A DNA stretch of 64,000 nt, taken from Octopus sinensis (lineage: Eukaryota). The notes below the pieces were generated by a model. It was not told the DNA's origin. It searched no databases and saw only the letters and a program-made list of their open reading frames with translations. The stretch lies in NCBI RefSeq assembly GCF_006345805.1, contig NC_043004.1, positions 69,936,001 to 70,000,000 on the forward strand. The letters are read 5' to 3'. Below, piece after piece: positions 1-59,725 of this stretch (position 1 is its first letter; each line of letters begins with the position of its first letter). The position numbers were made by a program, and so were the translations under genes.

Positions 1-538
1 TGTAAGACATAAAAATCTGTTATTCCTTCACAACTGATACTGGAGCAGAATGGAACTGAGAAACTAACAACTATTGACAATGAGTGGTGGTGGTGTCAGC
101 AGAATATAAAATTTTGTCCCCCTAGCATTGCTTGACAACCGATGCTGGTGTGTTTACGTCGCCGTCACTTAGCGGTTCGGCAAAAGAGACCGATAGAATA
201 AGTACTGGGCTTACAAAGAATAAGTCCTGGGGTCGATTTGCTCAACTAAAGGCGGTGCTCCAGCATGGCCGCAGTCAAATGACTGAAACAAGTAAAAGAG
301 TATAGGCACAAGACCTGAAATTATTTTTTTTTTTTGGGTGGGGGGGAAGACATTAGTCAATTACATTGATCCCAGTGCTCAAATGATACTCATTTTATTG
401 ACCCCGAAAGGATGCAAGTTAAATTTTTGACCTTGGTGGAATTTTCAACCCCCAAAGTAAAGCTGCAAGAAATGCTTGCTAAGCGATTTGCCTTCACTTG
501 TTACAATCCTGCCAGCTCACCATCTTTTACTTGTAGTA

Positions 539-570
<32 letters not shown>

Positions 571-2008
571 TTTTCTTCCTACTATAGTAAGCATAAGGCC
601 TGAAATTTAGGGAGAGGGAGCTAATAAATCACATCGACCCAGGGCTCAACTGGTACTTATTTTATCGACCCTAAAAGGATGGAGGGCAAAGTGGACCTCA
701 GCAGAATATGAGTCTAGAACATAAAACCAGAAGAAATGTCACTGAACATTTTGTCTGATGCTCCAACAGTTCTGCCAGCTCACTGCCCAAGTAGAAGATA
801 GAATATACTGTGTGGTCAGTTGATCTAATGGCAACTGTGGTAGAGCAGGATTGCTCAATAGAAATGAACCTATAATACTGATTGTTGCTAGTCAGGAAAC
901 CCCAAAGATGTGGTACTGAGATTCCCTGAATATATTAATACTTTAAAGGAAAAACATTTTCATTTTTTGACACCAGTAAAAGTATATTTACTCAGAATAG
1001 AGGCTATGCAGAGAAGCTTTTGGTTGACAATGTTTAGACACTGCTAGAGGTATATTCAGAACAGATACACAGGAGTTTTTGGCTGACAATGTCTTGATGT
1101 ACCAAACAAACAACTCTGCATCTGTCTGCATTCATAACCTTCAACTGAAAGATTCTAGTTTGGTAGTTTCTCAGAACTATTTGGTAGGCAACACTTCTGA
1201 TTAATCACTAGAACAATTAAAACAAAAAAATGTTTAAAAAATCCAAATCTATCATTCCCCCTTTCATTTAAAGGGAAGAATCACAAACAAACATTTTGGT
1301 CCCCAAAACTAAAGCAAATTTCTTTGAGATTTTTACTAAAAAAATAAACTGAAAAAATAAGATCAAAATAAAAAATATATCTGAAAAGAGAAAAAAAAAT
1401 GTTAACAGTTCATTTGATACAAAGTGCAGCTTGCTTATGCATCTGCTGCACATGTTTCTTCAACACAAACACTCGAGCACATACGCGCTTATGCATGCAC
1501 TCATGCACAAACACAAAGAAAATGAAAAAAAAAAAAATAACTCAAACATTTTCAAAGCTTCTTCAGGCTTCTTAATCCAGTAACAAAAAAAAAAAAAAAT
1601 TCATTGGAAATAAAAATTTTTTTTTTTCATTTTAGCCGGAAATAAGAGCTGAAAAGCCCAGAAAAGTAGCAATCAGTTGGCCAAATGGTATGGCAAGTGT
1701 ACCAACTTGATATTTAGTCTCCAACAGAGAAGGTTATGATAAATGAGTTTTTGATAATAATTCAAGAATTCTCAAACATTTGAAGCAGCATGGACATTTT
1801 TTTTTTTTTATTATTTGAGGTGGGCTAATTTCAGTCATGCTAAAATTTTAATTTATTTTTTTTGTTTTTCTTTTAAACAAATGGGGGAAAAAATAATGCA
1901 AATAAATATGCCTGGTTTTTGCAGAGAAATATTCTAGCATTTTCTCAGAATATTTCCTTGGTGAAGCAAAAGATCTTTTTGTTTCCTTCCATTTTTTTGT
2001 CTTTGTGT

Positions 2009-48960
<46,952 letters not shown>

Positions 48961-51900
48961 TTAACAGAGCACTTTCACGGTTTGTTAAATAATATTTTTC
49001 TATATCCTATCAATAGAAACCAAATGAAACAAGATATTACAAGAAATAGTTACAAAAGCAATATAGTAAAAACAAAAGGAAAAACAGGATATCCTCTTTT
49101 TCTCTCCTTTGAACTGCAAATAGCAATTTTTACAAAATAGCAGCAAATTGTATAAAAATACTTCAGGACATCACTTTGATAGAAATCAATATATTCTTTA
49201 ATACAAGCTTTTCTCATGGTTCTCTTCAAACAAACCGTAGAAATATGCAGAAGAAAATATAAATAATGTAAAGTAAATTTACTGATTTTTATTTGAACTC
49301 AAATTCAGTTCAGATTCATATCCTCTTTCCTACCATTAGGGTTCTCATCATCATCGTTTAACATCCGTTCTCCATGCTAGCATGGGTTGGACGGTTCGAC
49401 CGGGGATCTGGGAAGCCAGAAGGCTGCACCAGGCTCCAGTCTTATCTGGCAATGTTTCTACAGCTGGATGCCCTTCCTAACGCCAAGACATTAGGTTAAT
49501 AATATAAATGATGTACTAATTATGTGTGTATTAATATAGTGGCCTTGTGAATATGAGACTCGTTTTGTTACCAAATGATTGTAAGTTCTATCTCACAGCA
49601 TGGCACCTTGGGCAAATGTCTCCTACTGTGGTCTTGGGCTGACCAATGCCTTGTGAGTGAAATTGGTAGACAGGTATGGTCTAAGCACATGGGTGATAGG
49701 AGCAGGTGTGGCTGTATGTTAAGAAGCTTGCTTCCCAACCACATGGCTTTGCTTTCAGTCCCACTGCATGGCACCTTGGGTGTCTGCTACTATAGTCCAA
49801 GGCTAACCTAAGCCTTGGAATGGATTTGGTAGATGGAAACTGAAAGTCTATCATGTGTGTACGTGTCTCCTTGCCTTGACATTGTGGAATAGCTGTAAGC
49901 AAGTGTCACTGTTATGTATGGAGTATTATTAGTGTCTAATCTTTTGTGAAAACATGTCAAGTCATGGGGAAATAATATACTTTGCTTGGAAACTGGTGAG
50001 GATTGCTAACAAGCAAGGCATCCAGCCATAGAAAATCTGCCTCAATAAATTCTGTTTGGCCCATGTGAGCATGGGAAAGTGAACATTAAAACAATGATGT
50101 TGAACCTGTATGGAAACCTGGCAGGTGAATGCACATGTGTGTGTATCTAAGTATGTATTTATGTGTTGTGGGCACATGAGTATCAGTGTAACTTTATAAT
50201 TTGTACTTTCCAAGAAAGTGTTGAGCTAAGAAGTGGTAACATTTGCTGAGGTGCCTGGTCAAAGACATCATTTGTCAGAGTTGCAGTATGGCCTTCAGTT
50301 AGGTGAACATAGGAGGCAAATGAGAGGAAGAGAAATACATATTCTAAGCTACTTTGCAGACCAATCTCCCTGCAAAGCTTCAACATGCTGGGCTCACAGA
50401 AACCAGGAAGTGGAAGGCTAAGACGTTGGCTGTGGATTAGGAAGTGTGAGCTCCTGGAAGAGGAAGTGGTGCCAGGTAGTGCTAATTGGACACAAACTGA
50501 CTTTTGATCAACCTTGGTTGAGTCACTTGGATGGGGGTGTCTGGTGTTGAAAGACCCTAAACAATGATCCCAAGAGACATCACAGGATGACACATGGAAA
50601 ATATATATCTAGGAAACTGAACTGTAGGTCTGACCTTGTCTTTCAACCAACAATCATTGTGCCACAAAACTGCTAAATCAGGGCTGTCCCAGAGCTACAT
50701 CACCATCATCTCCACTAACAACATCCTAAGAAGCCACAAGCCCCAGTTCAGCTTCCTCAAAGAAGATCTATGATTACAGGCATTCAAGACATGATCATTC
50801 CATCCTTATCTTGAACATTACCTATTTAAATCCACATAATCCAATGTGTCCTTCACTTTTGGGCCATATCTGGCTCAAATATTCTGTATTCTGTTTTATG
50901 TTTAAACTGGCCATATCTGGCCTCTCACACCTACTCTGCAATGCCATTCTAAAAATAACAACTGCACCATTGAAATCTTGAAGCTTTGAAATAATGAATG
51001 ATAAATTCAAAACCATATGAATAAACAAGCATTACATTAGACAGAGTAATCTGAATATTAAATAGTTACACTTTCCTGCTGGATTCCCAAGTATGACCAA
51101 CTTAACAAACTAAAAAATGAGACAGTCACCTGAATAGAGGAAGGCCTTTGTCTATTTAGGGCTCTGACCTTGAGTGAAACAACAACCGCAACATTTACTG
51201 AAGGTGTGGTTTATGGAACCAAGAACCGCATTACTAGAATATAAATAAATTACAAAACCCACTAATAAATTAGTTCCTCTAAGATTACAGCTGACATCTA
51301 ACACTTAACAAGCTGAAAATAAAACTTCATCAGGAGATTAGCACAAGAGGAAGATGATGAAGATGAAGACGATGAGGTATATCAAAAATATAACTGGGGT
51401 AGAAACAGCAGAAACTCTTCACGTTGAAGTAGAATGTTTAATAAAGTGTCTAAGTACATCAAGTAGTGAAGTAAAGCTGTTTCGGGTATCTTGTTTCTAA
51501 TACATATCAACTTCAGTTAAAGAATACCAAAGGCAACACCCAAAACAACTATCAGTAAACTATCTTTCCACTTCTATTTATTTTATTTGTTTTTATCTAA
51601 ATAGAGATGTTGGATTGCCAGAAGTAAGGGAAGAGGGTTTCCTGTTTTGCATTGATGAAGGAAAACTCAGTAATGTACAAAGAGGCAGCACGTATGAGAT
51701 AGTGACCAGCTGGATCTTACTAAGCAACATAATGAACTAAATAGTGAACATAATGAACTAGTGGAAATATTAATAGAAAGTCCATGGCTGATAAATCTCT
51801 TTACTCTTTTACTCTTTTACTTGTTTCAATCATTTGACTGCGGCCATGCTGGAGCAGCGCCTTTAGTCGAGCAAATCGACCCCGGGACTTATTCTTTTGT

Positions 51901-52814
51901 ACTTATTCTATCAATCTCTTTTGCCGAACCGCTAAGTTACGAGGACTTACACACACAGGTGCTGGTGTCACTTAAAAAGCACCTGTACTAGTACTGCATA
52001 AATGCACCCATGCAGGTGATGTGTAAAAAGCACCCAGCACACTCTGTGAAGTGGTTGGCATTAGGAAGGGCATCCAGCTGTAGAAATCATACCACAGCAA
52101 ACAGTTGGAATCTGGATAGCCCCCTGCTAGCTAGCTCCATGTCAAACCATCCAATCCATGCTAATATGATGATGATGATGATTTTAATGTAAACTTTCCC
52201 ATCCTTGCATGGGTCAGGCAAAAAAATCCTTGAAGCAGATTTTCTACAATCAGATGCTCTTCCTGTTGCCAACCTTCACCTGTTCCCAAGCCAAGTGATA
52301 CTTCCCTAGTCCTTCGAACATGATAAGCACAATGGCTGGCTGTACATCCTTAAAGGAGGAAAACCAAATGACATTGATACCTGTTCACACTTAACATGCA
52401 GTGTCAAAATAGGGAGACACAGGAGAGTTTGACATTTTAATTATTTCAAAAAACAGCACAACTATTATTTTACTGATTACAATCTTTCTCAAATGTCACT
52501 AATTCAAGTCATATTCTTGTATAGCCATGTTCGGTGGCTAAACAATGGATAAATGAAAAGACAACTTGCATTCAAGTTGCACCAGAAAAAGATTGAAAAC
52601 AATCAAAACAGCCTCTCTTTCCTCTTTTACTTGTTTCAGTCATTTTAATGCGGCCATGCTGGAGCACCGCCTTTAGTCAAGCAACTCGACCCCGGGACTT
52701 ATTCTTTTGTAAGCCCAGTACTTATTCTATCGATCTCTTTTGCTGAACCGCTAAGTTACAAGGATGTAAACACACCAGCATCGGTTGTCAAGCAATGCTA
52801 GGGGGACAAACAGA

Positions 52815-54194
52815 CACACAAACACACACACATACATACATATCTACATATACATACATACGACGGGCTTCTTTCAGTTTCTGTCTACCAAATCCACTCA
52901 CAAGGCTTTGGTCGGCCCGAGGCTATAGTAGAAGACACTTGCCCAAGGTGCCACGCAGTGGGACTGAACCCGGAACCATGTGGTTGGTAAACAAGCTACT
53001 TACCACACAGCCACTCCTGCGCCTATGCCATTTTTTTAAGTAAAATATCTATATATAAAATATATGTGTGATATGTAATACATATTTTTATATATATAAA
53101 ATGATATATGTGATATATATATATATATATATATATATGTCAGGCTTCTGCACAGTTTGTCTACTAAATCCACTTGTGAAGCATTGGCTTTTGTAGAAGA
53201 CTCTTGCCTTAAGTGCTGAGCAGTAGGAAAGAACTTGAAATGAGAAAGTCATGAAACAAATTTCTTCTTATCTCCACAAGCATGCCTGCATCAATGCAGC
53301 ATTATCGTTATGGTTTTATGTTATCTAAGTGTATTTTTTTGCTAATGACATCCACATTGAGCTGACGTCAGTTCGAGGCTTTACTGAGTTATCAGCAATG
53401 TCCTATATGTATGGCTTCTTTAATTTTGCAAAGTTTCCTCTTTGGCTCTTCATCAATTATGGAATTGTCATTCTATAGCAACATATAATTTCCTTTCATA
53501 AAAGCCCTGTTTTGTATTAACTATCACTGATGTATATTGGCAAAAGATAAAAATATTGTCAAGAAAAAAAGACAAAAAATATTGTTCAGAAAAAAAAAAA
53601 AAACTCGTAACGCTTTCTTGCCATTTTTCTACTCAGAAATGGAGAACCAGTGATTGGTGCATTGGAAACCTGTAACCACTGGAGATATTACTCTCTCTCT
53701 TTTACTCTTTTACTTGTTTCAGTCATTTGACTGCGGCCATGCTGGAGCACCGCCTTTTAGTTGAGCAAATCGACCCCGGGACTTATTCTTTGTAAGCCCA
53801 GTACTTATTCTATCAGTTTATTTTGCCGAACCGCTAAGTGACGGGGACGTAAACACACCAGCATCGGTTGTCAAGCAATGCTAGGGGGACAAACACAGAC
53901 ACACAAACACACACACATACATACATATCTACATATACATACATACGACGGGCTTCTTTCAGTTTCTGTCTACCAAATCCACTCACAAGGCTTTGGTCGG
54001 CCCGAGGCTATAGTAGAAGACACTTGCCCAAGGTGCCACGCAGTGGGACTGAACCCGGAACCATGTGGTTGGTAAACAAGCTACTTACCACACAGCCACT
54101 CCTGCGCCTATGCCATTTTTTTAAGTAAAATATCTATATATAAAATATATGTGTGATATGTAATACATATTTTTATATATATAAAATGATATAT

Positions 54195-54242
<48 letters not shown>

Positions 54243-55015
54243 AGGCTTCTGCACAGTTTGTCTACTAAATCCACTTGTGAAGCATTGGCTTTTGTAGAAG
54301 ACTCTTGCCTTAAGTGCTGAGCAGTAGGAAAGAACTTGAAATGAGAAAGTCATGAAACAAATTTCTTCTTATCTCCACAAGCATGCCTGCATCAATGCAG
54401 CATTATCGTTATGGTTTTATGTTATCTAAGTGTATTTTTTTGCTAATGACATCCACATTGAGCTGACGTCAGTTCGAGGCTTTACTGAGTTATCAGCAAT
54501 GTCCTATATGTATGGCTTCTTTAATTTTGCAAAGTTTCCTCTTTGGCTCTTCATCAATTATGGAATTGTCATTCTATAGCAACATATAATTTCCTTTCAT
54601 AAAAGCCCTGTTTTGTATTAACTATCACTGATGTATATTGGCAAAAGATAAAAATATTGTCAAGAAAAAAAGACAAAAAATATTGTTCAGAAAAAAAAAA
54701 AACTCGTAACGCTTTCTTGCCATTTTTCTACTCAGAAATGGAGAACCAGTGATTGGTGCATTGGAAACCTGTAACCACTGGAGATATTACTCTCTCTCTT
54801 TTACTCTTTTACTTGTTTCAGTCATTTGACTGCGGCCATGCTGGAGCACCGCCTTTTAGTTGAGCAAATCGACCCCGGGACTTATTCTTTGTAAGCCCAG
54901 TACTTATTCTATCAGTTTATTTTGCCGAACCGCTAAGTGACGGGGACGTAAACACACCAGCATCGGTTGTCAAGCAATGCTAGGGGGACAAACACAGACA
55001 CACAAACACACACAC
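52815..55015. repeat. Direct tandem duplication, unit about 1.09-1.10 kb, two copies
   Basis: 53021-53690 recurs at 54106-54790; offset varies from 1085 to 1101 through (TA)n and homopolymer length differences. Confidence 0.95.
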
Positions 55016-57035
55016 GCATATATATATACATATATACGACGGGCTTCTTTCAGTTTCTGTCTAACAAATCCACTCACAAGGCTTTGGTCAGCACGGGGCT
55101 ATAGCAGAAGACACTTGCCCAAGATGCCACGCAGTGGGACTGAACCCGGAACCATGTGGTTGGTTAGCAAGCTACTTACCACACAGCCACTCCTGCACCT
55201 ATTCTTCACAAATTGTGATATAAATGATTAAAAATCTTCTGCATTTCATTCTTTCAGGGTTGATGAAATAAGTACCAGTAGAACACTAGGGGTCAATGCA
55301 ATTGACTAGCCCCTTCCCTAAATTTAAGGCCTTGTGCTTACAGTGGGAAATATTTTTATTATTATTAACTAAAGCAGCAAACTGTCAGAATTCTTAGCAC
55401 ACCAGGTATTTCATCTATCTTTACATTCTGAGTTCAAATTCCACCAAAGTCAACTTTGCCTTTTATCCTTTTGGGGTCGGTGAAATAAGTACTCTCCCCT
55501 AAAACATCAAGCCTATAGTAGAAAGGATTATTTATTATTAACAACTCATCTCAAATACTTAGGCATCTGGTTCTACATTTAAGGTCAATAAAATAAAGTA
55601 TTAGTCAAGCACTGAGGGTTAGCTTGCTTCCCAACCATGTGGTCTCTGGTCCAGTGGTACCTTGGGCAAGTGTCTACTACAGCTCTGAGCTAACTAAAGC
55701 CTAGTGAATGGATGAGTTGATTTGTACTGAAACAGGCCTGTGATCTGTGTGGTTATACGTCCCTTCATCTTGACATCATCTGATGGCCATAAACAAGAAT
55801 TGTTGAAATAATAAGAACTTAATAAAGAAAAAGGTGAACTTAAGAATTACATGGGTATTGTGTTCTTACTAATTTTTTTATGTATAATTGTTCTCGGAGT
55901 CATGTCTATTTAAAACATAACTCTTTTTCTTTATTAAGTTCTTATTTTTTCTTATTGTGCTATTGATGAGTACTCTTTGACAACTCGGATTCTTAAAATG
56001 AATTTATTGTCTTTCTGTATGAAACGATCAGCTAGTGAATTGAATATTTTATCCCATATTAACACCTAATCTCCTCCATTTATGAAGAATATGATTGAAT
56101 TTGTCAAACTTCATTCTATAACTTAAATCATATACTTAATATACTTATATATATATATATATATCATCGTTTAGCGTCCGTTCTCCATGCTAGCATGGGT
56201 TGGACGGTTCGACCGGGTATCTGGGAAGCCAGAAGGCTGCACCAGGCTCCAGTCTTATCTGGCAATGTTTCTACAGCTGGATGCCCTTCCTAACGCCAAC
56301 CACTCCGTGAGTGTAGTGGGTGCTTTTTACGTGCCACCTGCACAGGTGCCAGGCAAGGCTGGCAACGGCCACGGTCGGATTGGTGCATTTTACGTGCCAC
56401 CGGCACGGAAGCCAGTCGAGGCGGCACTGGCATCGGCCACGATTCGGATGGTGCTTTTTTACGTGCCACCAGCATGGAAGCCAGTCGAGGCGGCACTGGC
56501 ATTGGCCATGATTCGGATAGTGCTTTTTACGTACCACCATTCCAGGGGTCCTGGCATCTGCCGGGTGCCAGTCATAGGATTGGTTCAATTTCGATTTCAC
56601 TTGCCCCATATATATATAGTAGAATAATAAACAAAAAAGAAAAGGAGGAGAACTTCTTACAATGCAAAGAAGAAAGTTGAGCAAACTTTATATGCTTCGG
56701 GCACAAAAGCCCTATCATCAAAAGAATATGGTTAAGAAATGTCACATATCTAGGGCTGACTAAACATCAACAATAACTACAGCTTTGCAGAAGAAGGAGA
56801 CTGACAGACATTATATTGAGATTGTGGATCCAGATTCCTAACACTAATTAAACCCTAGAAGTAATCACAGCTATGAGAAACCTAATACATGTTTCTAAAA
56901 CAGATGTTATCTGGTTCTAAGAAGTAAATAATCTGTCACCTGTTTTTTTTTAGCTTTTTTACCTTGCTTAGCCTAGAAGGAAAATCAGTACCAGTGTCCT
57001 TTGCAGGCCCTCTGAGACTAGTGACACTGATACTG

Positions 57036-57257
57036 TTAAACCATTAGCATTTAAACCAGTCATACCAGGCCAAAATAGTCTACCAGTTTTATGTTCAAAG
57101 CAGCCAGATCCAGCCTCTCACACACATCATACAATAATATCATGTTAAAAATAAACAATCACATCATCGAAATCTGAAAGCCATGAGATAATTGCTGAGA
57201 TAATGGGTGTGAATAATCATTACATATGACAGAGTGATCTGAATCCTAAAGGGTTAA
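57036..57257. mobile_element. Second TTAA-flanked MITE family
   Basis: TTAAACCATTAGCATTTAAA...TCTGAATCCTAAAGGGTTAA; related copies at about 14690-14870, 50817-51068 and 59745-59907. Confidence 0.55.
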
Positions 57258-59411
57258 TTCTCTGTTTAAATACTTGCAGGAAAGAGATTCCAGAAGGGTG
57301 ATGTTCTAAGGAGGAACAACTGGGAATAGTGGTTAGTGCAGGACTAGAGGCGGGGTGGGGGGTGGGTGACTGAATGTGATAAGAGTGATGAAAGGTGGAG
57401 AGACAAGTGGGTTGTAAGGACAGAAAAGACAGAAGAGGAGAGACAGTACATGTGTGGCCCAGAGGCCGGAACATATCTGCTAGTGACTGAATGCCAATGA
57501 ATCAAGTGGCCCTTCTCTGGATGTAGTCCGCGATGTCTGTGTATTGAGGGCAGCACTGCCCCAACTGTGGGAGCAACATTCTATTGAGTCCTATGTTAAC
57601 TGGGTGGATTCTTGGTCAGTTTCAACAATGGGTGTTCAGTTATTTGAACAAATACATTTCTATTTGTGAAATTTACATATAGTGGCCGAGTATTCCATAG
57701 GCATGTATATGATTAACCAAACTCTGAAACCAAATCAGTGTAACATAATGTAACAAGACTGGATGTTGAATTACATGTATGAACCAGAGAAACAGAAAAA
57801 GAGAGAGATACAGAAAGAGAGGGCGGAGGGGGGGGAACCATCCCCACTACTAGATTAGTACTTTACTAATTGATCTCGAAAAAAAAATGAAACACAAAGT
57901 TGAACATAACAGGATTTGAACCGAAAACCGAGAAAGCCAGAACAAATACTGCAAGGCATTCCAGACAACACAATAATATCTCTGCCAATTCCCCACCCTA
58001 GCATACCATAAACACCCTAATGTTAAACAAACAAAATAAACAAAAGAAGTATAAAACAAAAGTCATTTATGTACTCAGAATTTAGTTTTGATAAAATCCA
58101 ATAAATATTTTTTAAATAGTTTCAAACATCCTTAAAAATGGAATTGGGAGTTGTTTAAAATGGAAAATTATCAGTTGGAGATTAAGGAAGATAAAATAAA
58201 AATTAAATAATACTTAAGTTAGAAAATAAACAATCCATAATCATGGCTGTGTGGTTAAGGAGTCTGCTTTGCAACATCAGGGTTTTGAGTTCAGTCCCAC
58301 TGCGCAGAAATTTCAAACATATGTTTTCCTCTATAGGCCTGGGACAACCAATGCCTTGTGATGGAAGTGGTAGATAGAATGTATAGAAGCCAAGTGTGTG
58401 TGTGTGTATGTACATGCGTGCATGCATGTGTGTGTGAGTGTTGCCGGTTGCATGCCCTTTCTGTTGCCAACCCTCACTTCTCAGTAAGTCAATATTTTCC
58501 CATAACTAGACATGTTTTTCACAAAAGACTGGAAATGAAAATACTGCTTGTATGACAGTGATGTGATGTCCAGACAATAATAACTATCATTTTAAATGTT
58601 TAGATAACTGTATACACATACACACATGATGGACTTCTTTCAGTTCCACTCACAAGGCTTTGGTCAGCCTGGTGCTACAATAGAAGACACTCAAGTGCCA
58701 TGCAGTGGGAATGAACCCAAGACTACATGGTTGGGAAGCAAGCTTCTTAGCCACACACATATGTATATGAATGGATATATGCATGAATGTTGACATTCGA
58801 TGACTTCACTTGTCACCTTCTGAACATAGCAGTAACGTTGAGATACCTTGTTGATATGACAACTAGTCATTCTGAGTTTTCAAAGAACAAGGAAATTAAA
58901 TTAAAAAAACCATATTTGAAAAACTCAAGTCATAGAAGCACTACTAAGAAAAAACTGACAAGTGGTTGTGTGGTAAGTAGCTTGCTTACCAACCACATGG
59001 TTCCGGGTTCAGTCCCACTGTGTGGCACTTTGGGCAAGTGTCTTCTACTATAGCCTCAGGCCGACCAAAGCCTTGTGAGCAGATTCGGTAGACGGAAACT
59101 GAAAGAAGCCTGCTGTATATATGCATATGTATGTATATCTATATGTGGTGTGTGTTTGTGTGTCTATGTTTGTCCCCCCCCCCACATCGCTTGACAACCA
59201 ATGCTGGTGTTTACGTCCCCGTAACTTAGCGGTTTGGCAAAAGAGACCGAAAGAATAAGTACTAGGCTTAAAAAGAAAAAGTCCAGGGGTCGATTTGCTC
59301 AACTAAAGGTGGTGCTCCAGCATGGCCACGGTCAAAATGACTGAAACACGTAAAAAGAGTAAAAAAAAAAGAAAAAAAAAGTAACAATCTTAAGTAACAC
59401 ATGCCTTTTAA

Positions 59412-59725
59412 CCCTTTCGATACCAACCCACCTAAGACTGCTCCAGGTTCTATTGTATCAGGACAACTACCCCCGAGGACAATTACCCCCTTACCAATAT
59501 ATTAAGAAGTTTTGAATCATCATCTGTTGTTCTCAGGAGTAATTGTCCTTGCAGGGTTATTGTCCATGGCAGGTAAATGTTTTAAAGTCAACTAAATTAT
59601 CATCTTCCATCAAAATTTATGCTAATTTGTTCCAGACACCAGCTTAATAATGAGGAAGTTATTTTACCAAATTCTTCCTCATTTTAAAAGCAGCATATGT
59701 TGACAGAAATATGGTAACAAAAGGG
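59412..59725. mobile_element. piggyBac-type MITE with a nested small palindromic element (about 59461-59565)
   Basis: TTAA on both sides; TIR CCCTTTCGATACCA versus CCCTTTTGTTACCA. Related copies at about 45121-45350 and 34960-35171. Confidence 0.75.

Noticed and set aside
1800-1860. AATAAA hexamers on the minus strand as the KIFAP3 polyA signal
   Set aside because: Several candidates lie in very AT-rich sequence; one cannot be chosen without 3'-end data.
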